Notes: generated by a model not told the origin, from the sequence alone. Shown: positions 1 through 13,005, counted from the whole stretch's first letter. The stretch is 49,491 nucleotides of DNA, filler included, from Streblomastix strix (GCA_008636045.1; 3 parts of 3 records of this genome joined end to end with filler, not necessarily neighbours in it); one strand, 5' to 3'. Numbers and translations are program-made.

Positions 1-199
1 TTTATAAACATTTATATAAATATCACTACCAATATATCCACTTATCTATATATATCATATATCTATATTCTAATTATATCAATAATATCCATCTGTCTAT
101 AATGTCCATCTATCTATAATATCCATCTATCTATATATATCACATATTTATATTCTAAATATATCATATATCTATCCATCTCTATATCACACCAACCAG

Positions 200-3100
200 C
201 ACATCTCGACTGGGCGTCTGAATGGGAGAAAGAAAGAGAAGAAATGAGTAAGAAGATGATGTTGGATGATGACAAGAATGCGAAAGAGCAGGAAATCAAG
301 AAACAGATTGTCAAGAGGAAGAAGATGATGAGCAAGTGTGATATATAATGTGATGTGATTTATGTGATGGATGGATTGATTGATTTATTAATATAATATT
401 ATTTGATTAATGATTATATTTTATTTTACATTTGTTAATTATTGTTGATTATTTAATTGATGATCATACTTTTATTTCTTAATTTTTTATTTTCAAATAA
501 AATATTATATTCATTTATTATTCATTTATTATTCATTTATTATTCATTTATTCAGAATGGAAGAAGAAGAATGGAAAAGAGATGACATTATTTATGATTT
601 GCAGAGAAAGATACAGTTTTTGAGGTAAAGATCTGAAGAGGTAAATATATTATATTTCTATATATGTTTATTTTTTTTATTTAATGAATAATAATTATAA
701 TATAAATATTGATTTGTATAATTTATTTAATATTAATTCTTATTTATTTATTTTTTATTCATATTTATTTATTTATTATTAATTTTTTTGTTTAATATTA
801 ATATTTTTATTTCATATAAATTCATATTTATTTTATTTCATATTAATTTATTTATTTAATATTAATTTATTTCATTTTATTTCATTATAATAGGAACAAG
901 CCAATGGTGAAGGAATTTCAGATCAAATTGCAGAACCCAATGAATACGATGATGAAGGATTTGCTCCTGGTATCATAATTATTAATTTATATTAATATAA
1001 TTTATTAGAAATTACACTAATTGTAATTTATATTAATTATATTTATAAGAAACTACTTTAATATATTTTTTTCTTCTTCATATTTTCATGATTATTATTA
1101 ATTTTTAATTTTATTTATTATTATTAGGAGATGGGAAAATTAAATTTAAATCGAAGTCGGATTAAGATAAATAGAAAAAAGATGTTTGATATTATTAAAT
1201 TTTTATTTATCAGTTATTATATTTTTTGGTTTATTTTTTTTAATTATTTCACAGTAAAAAATTGTATAAACACTTGGTATGAATGCGAATAAATAAATAC
1301 TTGTATATGATTAAATAAATACTTGTATATGATTAAATTTTCTAACAATTATTTAAATTAAATTCTTATAAATTTTATTTAATCTCTATTAATTAATTTC
1401 ATTATATTTATCATATTATTCATTTTATCTAATAATTAAATTTATATTAATTATTATTATATTCATTTTATCTAATTCATATTTATATTTTACTCCTATC
1501 ATATAATTCATATTCAAATTATTATTATCTCAGATGGCGATATTGAATTAGTTGACAGGGAAACACAAACTGATTCTGGTTGGTTGGGTCAGACAACTGC
1601 ATCAACTGGACAAACAATAAGAAAAGGTTTACATTTAATATTTAGTATTTAATATTTAATATTGATTTATATATAATATATGTTAATAATTATTATTATA
1701 AATAGGTATATAATGATAATTATTATTATATATGAATCATTATTTAATATATAATAAGAAAAAAAATTTATTTTCATTATTAATCAAACTATTAATATAA
1801 ATCTTCATAAATACAAATACATATCCCAAATCAAAACCAATTCATTCAACATATATTAATTAATTCCAACTATAATATATTTATCCTTAAGTTCCAATCC
1901 GTGACGCTCCTAAAGATAAGCATTAGAGCATTGGGGCAGGATTAGCTTCATAGACCAGTGGATATACTCCTTCTTCTAGGGATGATTCTACAAGAGAAGT
2001 GAAGATGTGTGAATTAATATATATATATATATATGCTATGTGGATATTAAGTGATAAATGTGGATATTAAGTGTTTATAGATATTTAATATATGTGTATA
2101 TTATCTAAAGATAAAATATATATGTATTATATAAAGATAAAATATATATGTATTATATAAAGATAATATATATATGTATTATATAAGGATAATATGTATT
2201 AAATGTGGATATTAAGTATTATTTGAATATTAAGTATTATTTATGGATTATAATAATTATTTTTTTCCTATTTATTTATTTTATTATTCTGCTAGATCTG
2301 GTGAAGGTATAATTAATTAATTTCATTAAAATATTTTTAAATTAATAATTTAATATATAATTATAATTTTTATTATAAATAATTATTTTATATTTTTTTT
2401 TATTTTTAATTATTATTTTATAATAAATTACTATGATTAATTTAGCTCCATTAGGATGGAATGCAGATTGGGATGATAAAGCAGATCTCAGGAAGGAAGA
2501 AGAAGAAGAAGTGTGTTGAATGAAATAAATAAATAATTGGAGAAAATAAATAATGAAGTAAATTAATGCAAAATTTAACTATTTAACTTATAAATATTTT
2601 ATACATATTATACATATTATTATATATTCCAGATCCGAGCCATCCACAAACTCCGCCAGACCTCGGAGATGAAGAGGATGAGCGAAGAAGAGAGAAAACT
2701 GATTATTGAGACATTCACGAAAGAAGCGAAAGAGTTTGAGAAGAACGAAGCTGAAGGGAATGGGAAGAATAAATAGTTGGTGTGAATGATATGGTATTTA
2801 TGATTTGGGAATTGTGAATGGGGAAAATTTTTTTGAATGTTTTGTTTTGATAGATTTTTTGTTATTTTTTGATTATTTATGATTATTTTATATAATATTT
2901 GATTTAGAATCTAATTTTATTAATAATTAATTAATCTTATTTAATAATTAATTCCCATTATTTAAAGCCTGAACATCTGCGTGAGTTGGGTCCACGTGGA
3001 CAAATAAGAGGTCTTGATGACGACAACATTGATATTTGCAAAGCCATCATTTGCATTATGGAGGAAAGAGATAAACTTAGAAGGTGAGAAATTTAAATTA

Positions 3101-3332
3101 GTTTAATTTAATATAATATAATTTAATTTAATTTAATTTAACTAATGATACAAATAAATAATTATAAATAACAATTATTTGATTTTCACATTATTCTTTA
3201 TTTATTGATACCAGAAAAATTAAGCGAAGAGAGAATGCAAGACTGGCAAAACAAGCAGTAACACAGAAAGATGCAGAAGCAGCTAAAGCTGCGACAAAGG
3301 CTAAAGTTAAAGCAGCGAAAGCTAAAAAGTGA
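200..3332 (+). CDS. Hypothetical charged/coiled-coil protein, 5'-partial, 12 exons
   Basis: Exons 200-335, 556-640, 894-969, 1128-1183, 1255-1276, 1534-1626, 1892-2006, 2296-2306, 2446-2510, 2633-2779, 2968-3083, 3215-3332. All introns are GT-AG and phase-consistent under table 6. Ends ...AAKAKK-TGA. Confidence 0.8.
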
Positions 3333-3800
3333 TTTAAATTGTTAAATATTACGTCATAGTAATATATATTCACTTCAATATTGCACCATTTCTTTTATCA
3401 GTCATTATAATTACATAAAAAAATTTTAAAACGTAATTTGAAATTGTCTTTTGTCGCATATTTCAGGTTTAATTTCCACTCAAAAATTTATTAAAGATTT
3501 TTTTATTAATTTTTAATCGTATACAAAATTCAAATTTTACATTTAAAATAAAGATAGCCTGAAAATTTTGATGATCAGTAAAATCCATTTACTATGTCTG
3601 CTCAACCACAAAATAAATTATTCATAACTGATTTTCATTTACAACAATTTTTAAACTTTAAATATTATACCAATTAAGGTCATTATAATCTATCTGACCA
3701 CTCCGAATCATCCGAAAATATATAATAATAAATTGCGATTTATTCATTTTGTAATTGTTAATTATACTTATATTTTTTTATTTCTATTTAGTGATTAGAA

Positions 3801-4301
3801 ATGTTCAACGTTTGAAATTATTCTCTTGTTTTTCATTTAGAATTTCACTTCATACATAACCAGTTTTTCAAAAACGTTGATGATTCTGCTCAGACTCTAA
3901 TTATATACTTCGGTTGGGCATTTGCAATCCTTCTACTTCTTCTTGCAGCTCATACTATCACATCACTGCTATTTTTCTGGACTCCAAAGAACTGGGTGTT
4001 GCGTCTCATTTTCACTTTGAGCTTTGGAGCAGCCGTTTCACTAGCTATTTACTATTTTGAACCAAAAGTCAACAAATTTGGAGCTTCGAAGGAAAATAAA
4101 CTCGCGTACGCAATAGCTCTGGGTATTTTACTAGCTTTCATCAACTATGAATTTCTTCGTGTTGTGTACTGGATAATCCGCGTTGTTGTTCCGCCATTAG
4201 GACAAATGGACGATTCTTTGAAGTTTGGCGCTATTTTCCTCAGCGTTTTGATTGTAGCTGCTCAGTACTATGTCGCAAACAACAGAAAATCATTGTTTTG
4301 A
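3801..4301 (+). CDS. Small multi-pass membrane protein (~4 TM), one intron 3810-3863
   Basis: ATG TTC AAC|gtttga...ccag|TTT TTC continues in frame (FFKNVDDSAQTLIIYFGWAFAILLLLLAAH...) into track ORF 3996-4301. Several hydrophobic segments; TGA stop. Confidence 0.75.
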
Positions 4302-5331
4302 TTTTCAGTATATCATTATTTTGTTCAAAAATAAATTCAAACTTGTAAACATTCGCAATTTTAATTTTTTAAAATTTTCTATTGAATTATTTTTTAAAAA
4401 AAAATAATAAATTGATATGAAAGGAGACAATCAGCTATTTGAAAACCTTGACCACAAATTCTGATGTATGAATAAATGATTCAGCTAAATAGAGTTTTGG
4501 AGGACTTGCTCAGAATGAAAGTGAGAAACAAATGAATGAATAATAAAAATGATCACAAAAACAGTTAATCGATTTATTTATTTATTAAATTTTGATATTT
4601 TATTGGAATCAAGCAATCAAATGCCTTTCATACAATTAAAACAAGCACAAATTGCAAAAACAGAGTGTTAACAATAAATAGATGCTAAAAAGCTTAATCA
4701 GTTTCAAAAGAGTCGATCAAGGTATGTTTCATATTCATTTCTTCAGCGCTTAAATTCGAGCTTCAAGTTCAGCATCATCATCATCAATACCGATGTTTGT
4801 ATCGCCAGAAGTGACACGGTCTATCTCATCTAGCATGTTTTGCACGTTGGCAATATCATCAAGTTTCTTCTTTATCTATTCGGGAGTTCTATTATAGATT
4901 GGATAAAAATAAAATTAATTATTGTTTTATATATTGAAATTAATTTGAGGAAAAAAATCATACATGTCGCCAATTATTGCTTTGAGTTAGGCAGTACCTT
5001 CATCCAACGCTTGCGCATAATCTTTTGTGTTATTTGCCATCAAAATATTACTATAAAAATTATTCCGAATGAAATAAGTATTTTTCAGAATGAAAATAGA
5101 ATTATTCAGAAATGGTAAATATAAAATAAAGTTATGATTAAAAATTATATTTGTCATTAAGATAGACAATGCACAGTTTGGAATAAAAATAATTTTGAGG
5201 TTTATGGAGGGTGCACATAGTCCGCTAACAGCACATTATTATAACAGCGTTAGAGAACCATTGTTATAACAATAAAAATCATATCATTTAATTCAATGTT
5301 TATAAATTCATATTTATCATATAAATTAGTA
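4292..5331 (+). repeat. Copy 1 of a ~1.04 kb direct duplication
   Basis: Colinear and highly similar to 10640-11678, from ATTGTTTTGATTTTCA onward. The paired track ORFs 4840-5118 and 11187-11465 are almost identical. Confidence 0.92.
4735..5040 (-). CDS. N-truncated Snf7/ESCRT-III family protein (~75 aa), one intron
   Basis: MANNTKDYAQALDEGTAQLKAIIGD/ITPEQIKKKLDDIANVQNMLDEIDRVTSGDTNIGIDDDDAELEARIQALKK*. Matches the C-terminal half of the 6151-7140 gene, with an intron at the same position. May be a pseudogene. Confidence 0.65.
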
Positions 5332-6150
5332 TAAAATAAGTTGCTTTACAATTTGCACAGTGTGTATTGGATCATTTTAATGATGAAAAAAATTAAACAT
5401 TTATCTCAGAAATGAATAAATAAAAATGTTTTTATGGTTATATTCATTGTTCAAAAATTTAAAATTCTTAAAAATAATTATGATGTAAATAACACAGTGA
5501 TGTGTAAAATGCAAAAAGAAGCAAATATGTTGCGCTTGCAATTTCGTGTTAGACAGAAGTTAAATTATATATTCAATAATATTATGTGAATGATAATGCA
5601 TTATTTAAGTAAAAAAATATGAATTGGCACAGTTATGCTAGCTTAATTACTTGTCACTAATGAGCCAAAACTGGATTTTTGCAAGACTTTAACAATGTAG
5701 TCTTAAAGCAATTTAGTATGGATTTTTCTATTTTTAATTATGTCTTATATTTAAGAAATGATCATCAAAATATATTTCTTTTTTTAAAAAAAAGAATAAT
5801 TTAAAATAAAAATTAGAAGAAGAAATGAAAAGTTATCTACAACTGATATAGCAATTATAAAATCCTCAGCTGCAAGTTTACTAATTTTGCATTTTCTGGA
5901 TCTTATCTCAAGATTTAAATCGATTAACATAATTAAACTTAGATTAATCATTATTATAATTTCTTATTTCAACACAAATAAAATAAATATCTTCCTTGAT
6001 TTATTTATTAAATTTTGATATTTTATTGGAATCAAGCATTCATATGCCTTGTATATAATTAAAACAAGCACAAACTGCAAAAGGCAGCGCGTTAACAATA
6101 AATATGCTAAAATCCTATTCAGTTTCATCAACTGCAATTTGTTTATTGTT

Positions 6151-7140
6151 TCATATTCCTTCCATAAGCGCATTGATCTGAGCTTCAATTTCATCATCAG
6201 ACTCAAGTTGCGGTTGAGAGATGAAAACTTCAGAATAGAGATATTACATTATTAATAATATAGTTAATTATAAAACAAATAACAAATAACTATAATAATA
6301 AAATATTTATTCTATAAATAAAAAAATTATTAATTATTCTCTATAAAACAAATAACAAATAATGACAATAAAATATTTATTCTATAAATAAAAAAATTAT
6401 TAATTATTCTCTATAAGCAAAATAGCAAATAAAACACACTCTCACCCGTCGGGATCTGAGGAATGCCGATGTTAGTAGCGACTTATATCATGTGGTTAAT
6501 CTCCTCTAAGATACTCTTTATGTCTTGATCTTCTAAGATACTCGGTATGTCTTGATCTTCATCGTATATGCATATTATATTTTCGGGAGTTCTATTATGG
6601 GTTGGATAATAAAAATAAAATTGGTTGTTGATTTATATATATAAATCAATTGTTCATTTATATATATAAATTAATTGTTGATTTATATATAAAAATTAAA
6701 TGTTGGGGGGAAAAATTTCATACTAGTCGCCAATTATTGCTTTAAGTTAGGCAGCACCTTAATCCAACGCTTGCGCATAATCTTTTGTGGTATTAGCCAT
6801 CTAAATATTATTTTCTAAGATGTCCAGCTGCTAAATCATCCCTGAAAGAGTATCAAACTATTTCTTGTTCAAATGCGCTCTTCTAATCTCTGCTGTTGCA
6901 TCTAAAGAATAAAAATAATATATAAAGTAATAGATGTATAATAAATACATCAAACTATCTACATCTTTATTCCTGTTATTCGCAACAGCTCTTTGTCTAC
7001 GTGCATTAATGCAATTTTTTACATAGTTTTTCTTCAGTTCCAAAACTTATTTCTGTGATTAGAATCTTTGAAGAGCAGATGTCTTTTGCGCTTCGAATGG
7101 GTTTTATGCCCTTCCCCACTATTTCGGTTTAGGCTCTACA
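6151..7140 (-). CDS. SNF7: Snf7/Vps32/CHMP4-like ESCRT-III protein (start not resolved, >=4 exons)
   Basis: ALQRFQSQKQVLELKKNYVKNCINARRQRAVANNRNKD...AEIRRAHLNKKQFDTLSGMIQQLDILENNIQMANTTKDYAQALDQGAAQLKAIIGD...ESDDEIEAQINAL. This follows the Snf7 helix pattern: basic N-terminal hairpin, NANTN-like motif, acidic DEDEL-like tail. Confidence 0.75.
6269..6432. repeat. Intronic tandem repeat, ~70 bp unit, ~2.3 copies
   Basis: TATAAAACAAATAACAAATAA...AATAAAATATTTATTCTATAAATAAAAAAATTATTAATTATTCTC is repeated. Confidence 0.85.
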
Positions 7141-7720
7141 CCTTAAGTGGCAAGAAAAAGAGAAAATGTTAAAAAAAATTATCATAAAATATTTTATTTG
7201 TTAATGCTATCTTTATTATGTTTAATATGAAGAAAGCATAAATTAATTCATCAATAATGAAAATTAATTGTTACTAATAAATGTAGTGATAAATTAAGAT
7301 ATTTTTTGTTTTAAAGTTTGTTATTTCAACAAACTGGTAGTAATATGTTGAAATTTGAATAAATATAGAATGCATTAACATATTTCTATAAAATAAGAAT
7401 ATTTATAAAGTTTGATATAAGATGAAATAAGTAGCAAACTCATTTGATTTGAATCAAGGTCTGATAAGAAAATTCTGTTGATGAACAAATTGGAAAAAGA
7501 GCAAAATTTTGAATGATTTCTGATTTTTTACTTCAAATTTATTACCCATGTAAAACCAACATATTAAAGAATAAATCAAATCATAATCAGTTATCTATAG
7601 ATTTCTGCTTTTACAAACTCATTTTTCTTGTTCTTATCTTATTGTAAGTCAACCAGCATTTTCTATTTCATCTTTCAAATGTAATATAATCCCTCTGATA
7701 TGATGATTGAGTCCTTCATT

Positions 7721-10123
7721 TCAGCTTTTCTCTTAATCGTTACTCGCTTTCTTTGATGTTTAGGTCAGCAATTTCTTCTTAAATTGATCTTGCATTTCTT
7801 TAATCTTCTGTTTGTATATGTCATTGTTCAATGTCTCAGATTTGAAATCTTCTCCAATTTTCTGTTTGTAATAATTATGATAAATAATTCATATTATAAT
7901 TGATTATATATATAATAATAAATACTTTATATTCACAATTTATTATTATTATTATTATTAATATATTTCAATCATACATTGGCCAATGCATCTGCTTATG
8001 CCCTTCTTGCTTCGAGAAGTTACACATTCTCAAATTTATTTGCATTATTTTTGTCCCTTCTGATTAAATACTTGACTTTATCCACAGCGTCAATCTCACG
8101 ATACAGAACATTACTCGGGTAAAGTTTATCAATTGGAATAACTTTCTCTATTTCAGCAAAGTCCTGACCTTCAAATTCAAACTCTGATTGACACGTTAAT
8201 GGATCAAAATCATTTGGATCTGATTAAGATTGGATCTAATCAGGTTGATGAGGTTTTGGCTTCGATTTTGGCTGAACTTTAGAAGTTTTCAGTTGCTCAT
8301 TTTGAGTAGAATTTAATCCTTGTGTTGTTTTTAATTTTTTCAGAGTCAATTTGTTCTTTTCTTATGAATTAGTCACTTTAAGTGAAGGAATTGATTTTGT
8401 TTATGAAAGATGAGGAGGTGGAATTTGTTATTGAATAAACTATTTTGAATTTGATGAATTATTGATTTTTGGTAGAACTACAAATGTTTGTTACTGAGAT
8501 TTTAATGGTGATTTTGGTCTTGTGTGAATATTTGGAGATTATTTTGCTTTTGATTGAGGTTCTAATGTGTTTTATTAACATTATTGTCTTGTGTGAATTA
8601 AATTTGGAATTAGTTGAATTATTGATTGTTATGATGGATGTGCAATACTCACTTTCTACAATTGGTTGAGTTTAAATATTTGTTCTTTCATCCTGTTCAA
8701 AATATCAATTAATTCTTCATTCACATTCTGAATAATAATGAAATTCAAATTGTTATCTTGAATCTTAAATCCACTCAATGGATGTGCAATATGAAGTTCT
8801 ACTTTTAATGATAATGGAACTAATGGCAGAAACGATGATTCAAGGATTTCATCAGAGGATTATTCAGTTGAATCTTATAATAGTACTTCCAATATACATG
8901 AATCACTGCCAATAAGTTAGTTCAGATCATATGTTCCTATGGCTCTATTAAATCATATAAAATATAAATAATGTTATTATATGTGAATTATACAATAATC
9001 AACAATATAAGTTTGAGTATTATTAATATAAATATTATATTGTATATGTGCATACATCACTTCATAACTATCTTTTGTTTTCTTCTAAAGTAAATCAACA
9101 GAGAATTGATTAATTTATTGTGCATCGTTTGATTGTGATATTCCAGCATTTAAATTCTTAATCTTATTTGATTGGATATAATTACTCCCAATTGATATTA
9201 ACACTTGCATTGATTCCATTCATTTTGTTCAGATCAAATTCAATACTATATTTTCCTGCACTTTTATCATCAGCTAACAGATTCAATTTTGGAATATCTT
9301 TTTTCAAAACTGTCTTTCCAATAACTTATTTATCATCAATTGAATCTCTTAAGCGAAATATCACTGTTTATTTATCATATTTCTGTAATTGTGCTTCTTT
9401 TATTTTGAAAAGAAATTGATTTGAATTTTGAATGTTGGAATTTATTATTGGATACTGGAGTTGATGTGTTTCAGATGTAAATTATAATTTTTAGCCAAAT
9501 TTTTTCTTATTGTTTGCATTTTTTATAGCTTTATCTTCCAATGATCTGATCTGCTGTAATAATTGAAGAATTGTATTAAGACTTTCATCAATTGGAGTTA
9601 GCGAATGCAAACTTCCCATATAAGATTGCATCAGTGAAATTTGTTTATCCAATTCAAGTATCAATTCATTAATAGTTTCAAACATGGGTACCTAATTGGT
9701 TTCATTCATATCCATAAAATCATGAATTCTTTCTCTACTTAGAAGGAAATTCTCATTTTAATTCTTATTATTATATGATTCTTCCTCGATTGTAGGCAAA
9801 TTTGATTTCATATTTGGTGTTTGAATAATTGATTTCACTTTTCTTCTAGCATTAGTTGGATTTTATTGTTTAGAAGCATTTTTCTTTGATTATAGATCTG
9901 CATCAAAGCTCTTTTCCTATTCAAATGCTTTCAATTATTCCATAGTTTATGTGTCTGAAAGTGAAGATTATGGAAAAAAAATAATAAATGAAATGATAAA
10001 AATAAAAAGTCGAATTTAAATAATGGAAACCTTCGAAGCATCAACATTATTTGGATCCTAAAGAACAAACTATTATGTAGATTTACCAAATTTATCCTTT
10101 AGTATGTCTGGAAAATTATTCAT
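7721..10123 (-). CDS. Hypothetical low-complexity/coiled-coil protein with ~3 introns
   Basis: MNNFPDILKDKF|DTQTMEQLKAFEQEKSF...MFETINELILELDKQ...LLEARRAQADALAN|KIGEDF...*. Long table-6 open frames separated by AT-rich GT-AG introns. Both ends are tentative. Confidence 0.65.
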
Positions 10124-10360
10124 TTCTCTAAAAAAAATTAAAATTAAAATTAAAAATAAAAATAAAATATATAAAACTATTTAAAACATTAAGTGAATTA
10201 TACAAAAATTAATAATTTTATATGAATAAACTAGAAAATAATCATTATTGCAATTAAAAAGTACGAAAATATTAAGAAAATAGAAAATATGTTCTAATAA
10301 ATTATTGAATTTGTTAAAAATTAAAATATTAAAAGAAAGAAATAAAATTTTATATTTACG

Positions 10361-10640
10361 TTGGTATCGCTCCCGTTCGTGTTCCTGTCGTCCACTAGCG
10401 GTTAATTTGTTGTCGTGTTGAGACTGGCTCCATCGCGGAGGTGTGTGAACAATGCCTGTGCGTTTTAACCACTTGCTGGCGTCATAGTTCGCTTTCTTAT
10501 TTTTCAAATGGCCGACCCATAGGGATGGGCAGCTCAACGGAGCACTCAGTCCTAGTGGCCCATTTCGCAGTCTCAAAATAAAGGGGTGATGCAATAGTCT
10601 CCGACGGAGATGGACTACAATAATCTCCGTAAGGAGATGA
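10361..10640 (+). ncRNA. Candidate structured RNA or element terminus (unassigned)
   Basis: GC-rich island in AT-rich DNA with nested complementary segments and two terminal hairpins. No known snRNA, SRP, RNase P/MRP or tRNA motif recognised. Confidence 0.35.
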
Positions 10641-11678
10641 TTGTTTTGATTTTCAATATATCATTATTTTGTTCAAAAATAAATTCAAACTTGTAAACAT
10701 TCGCAATTTTAATTTTTTAAAATTTTCTATTGAATTTTTTTTTAAAAAAAATAATAAATTGATATGAAAGGAGAGAATCAGCTATTTAAAAACTTTGACC
10801 ACAAATTATTATGTATGAATAAATGATTCAGCTAAATAGAGTTTTAGAGGACTTGCTCATAATGAAAGTGTTTACCAAAAGAATGAATAATAAAAATGAT
10901 CACAAAAACAGTTAATCGATTTATTTATTTATTAAATTTTTCATTATATTGGAATCAAGCAATCAAATGCCTATAATACAATTAAAACAAGCACAAACCG
11001 CAAAAAGCAGCGCGCTTACAATAAATAGAAGCTAAAAAACTTTATCAGTTTCAAAAGAATCGATCCAGGTATGTTTCATATTCATTTCTTCAGCGCTTAA
11101 ATTCGAGCTTCAAGTTCAGCATCATCATCATCAATACCGATGTTTGTATCGCCAGGAATGACACAGTTTAATTCCTCTAGCATGTTTTGTACATTGGCAA
11201 TATCATCAAGTTTCTTCTTTATCTATTCGGGAGTTCTATTATAGATTGGATAAAAATAAAATTAATTGTTGTTTTATATATTGAAATTAATTTGAGGAAA
11301 AAAATCATACACGTCGCCAATTATTGCTTTGAGGTAGGCAGTACCTTCATCCAACGCTTGCGCATAATCTTTTGTGGTATTCGCCATCAAAATATTACTA
11401 TAAAAATTATTCCGAATGAAATAAGTATTTTTCAGAATGAAAATAGAATTATTCAGAAATGGTAAATATAAAATAAAATTATGATTAAAAATTATATTTG
11501 TCATTAAGATAGCCAATGCATAGTTTGGAATAAAAATAATTATGAGGTTTATGGAGGGTGCACATAGTCCGCTAACAGCACATTAATATAACAGCGTTAG
11601 AGAATCTTTGTTATAACAATAAAAATCATATCATTAAATTTTATGCTTATAAATTTATATTAATCTTGTAGATTAGTA
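10640..11678 (+). repeat. Copy 2 of the ~1.04 kb direct duplication
   Basis: Colinear with 4292-5331. Confidence 0.92.
11082..11387 (-). CDS. Second N-truncated Snf7/ESCRT-III family protein, one intron
   Basis: MANTTKDYAQALDEGTAYLKAIIGD/VTPEQIKKKLDDIANVQNMLEELNCVIPGDTNIGIDDDDAELEARIQALKK*. Frame and splice sites are intact. Confidence 0.65.
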
Positions 11679-11689
11679 ATGCTGTTAAT

Positions 11690-12415
11690 TTTCGACATTT
11701 TCATTCGTTCAGGCCATTTTGGCCTTGTCGAATTCGGCAAATAAACATTTTTTGAAAAAAAAAAGTTATGAGCTAGAATTCTGCTAATTGTTAATTTAAA
11801 ATTTTATTTATTTTATATTTTAGTCGTTTAAATATGAATATGTTGTTTAAGAGTTTGAAATTAGTTTACCTAGGGAATTTAAGTTATATTAAAAAAATCC
11901 CACTTTTTCAAAATTTCTATTTTATTCTGGTATTTATAACGTTATTATCTACTGATTATTTGGATAAGTATATATGATATATAGAATATAATTAAAGATT
12001 ATTAAACTGGTTTATTTATAAGTTAGAAAATGTTAAAATGTCGAATTCGACATGGAATTTCCCATTGTCGAATTCGACATCCAATTAAATTTTGTCGAAA
12101 TCGACATTGATAGAAATTATCCATTGTAGTAATGATTTCTATATAATAAATATGTGATAATTATATATAATAGTAAACTATATAATATTAAACTGTAATG
12201 AGAATTGATTTAAATTTATTTAATGTGAAATTTAACGAATGAGAAATTTAAAATCGTTTTTGTCCCTGATACTTATAAACATTTTTGAGTTAAATGAAAT
12301 GTTGAAACTATTAAGATGAAGCTTCATTAAGAAAATCACAGTCAGAAGCTTAAAAGTGGATGAGAGCATTAGTAACAGGAAGGAATTCCAGACATGAATG
12401 TCGATTTTCGACAAA
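11690..12415. repeat. Dispersed array of palindromic TGTCGAATTCGACA-like motifs
   Basis: Copies at ~11725-11740, 12038-12053, 12065-12080, 12092-12107 and 12398-12414, plus a half-site at ~11691. Confidence 0.85.
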
Positions 12416-13005
12416 GTTTTCGATATTTAAATTGTGTGTTGTATAGAGTATTTTGATGAAAATTATTAATATATTCTATTAAGTTAGTTTTATTTTAATA
12501 TAGTTAGATAATTCTAAACAAAAATTTTTCTTCTATATATGATGATATCAAAAATTCCATAAAATACTCACTTTTGCCGTCATTTGTATGGTCTAACTTA
12601 TGTGCGTGCTAATTCCTTTGAATTATGTTAGTTTTATAAAGAATATATATTTTAATTTCAATCATTGACATATTTAGAGCTAGAAAAATGCATTTTTGAA
12701 TATTTATAAAATTTACTCTATAAATGAGATTAATTTTATTTTCTATTTTTATTTTTATTAATTCAATCAAATATAAATTAAAAAGGGAACTTTCTACAGT
12801 TTTATTGAACATTATTCAACAAAAATATATTTTTTTTAATTTTTACAATCATTTTTCCAAAAATATACTAATCGTAGAATGTATTACTTAATTAATTTAT
12901 TCTTAATTTTTGCGTATTCTTCGTTAAATTAATAATTTGCAATTTTTTATCATTATTAATTTAATAAATTTTTTGATTTTTTCTAAAAATTAATAAAATT
13001 TCCTA

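Noticed and set aside
114..335. Minus-strand hydrophobic track ORFs (also 3191-3373, 34205-34408, 34784-35077, 36070-36660)
   Set aside because: Antisense shadows of real + strand exons.
2100..2195. ~26 bp tandem repeat (also 1288-1337 and the TATC-rich 1-190)
   Set aside because: Ordinary intronic minisatellites.
10181..10594. 137-aa track ORF as a stand-alone gene
   Set aside because: No in-frame ATG, and its 3' half runs into intron-like AT-rich DNA.
10361..10640. SRP, RNase P/MRP, U snRNA, telomerase RNA or HDV ribozyme identity
   Set aside because: Diagnostic motifs are absent or only partial (no SRP helix-8 tetraloop, no CR-I box, no CUAACCC template, no HDV P1/P1.1).
12038..12107. 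CRISPR-like array
   Set aside because: Repeats of ~15 bp with ~11 bp spacers, irregular elsewhere, no cas genes, eukaryotic context.
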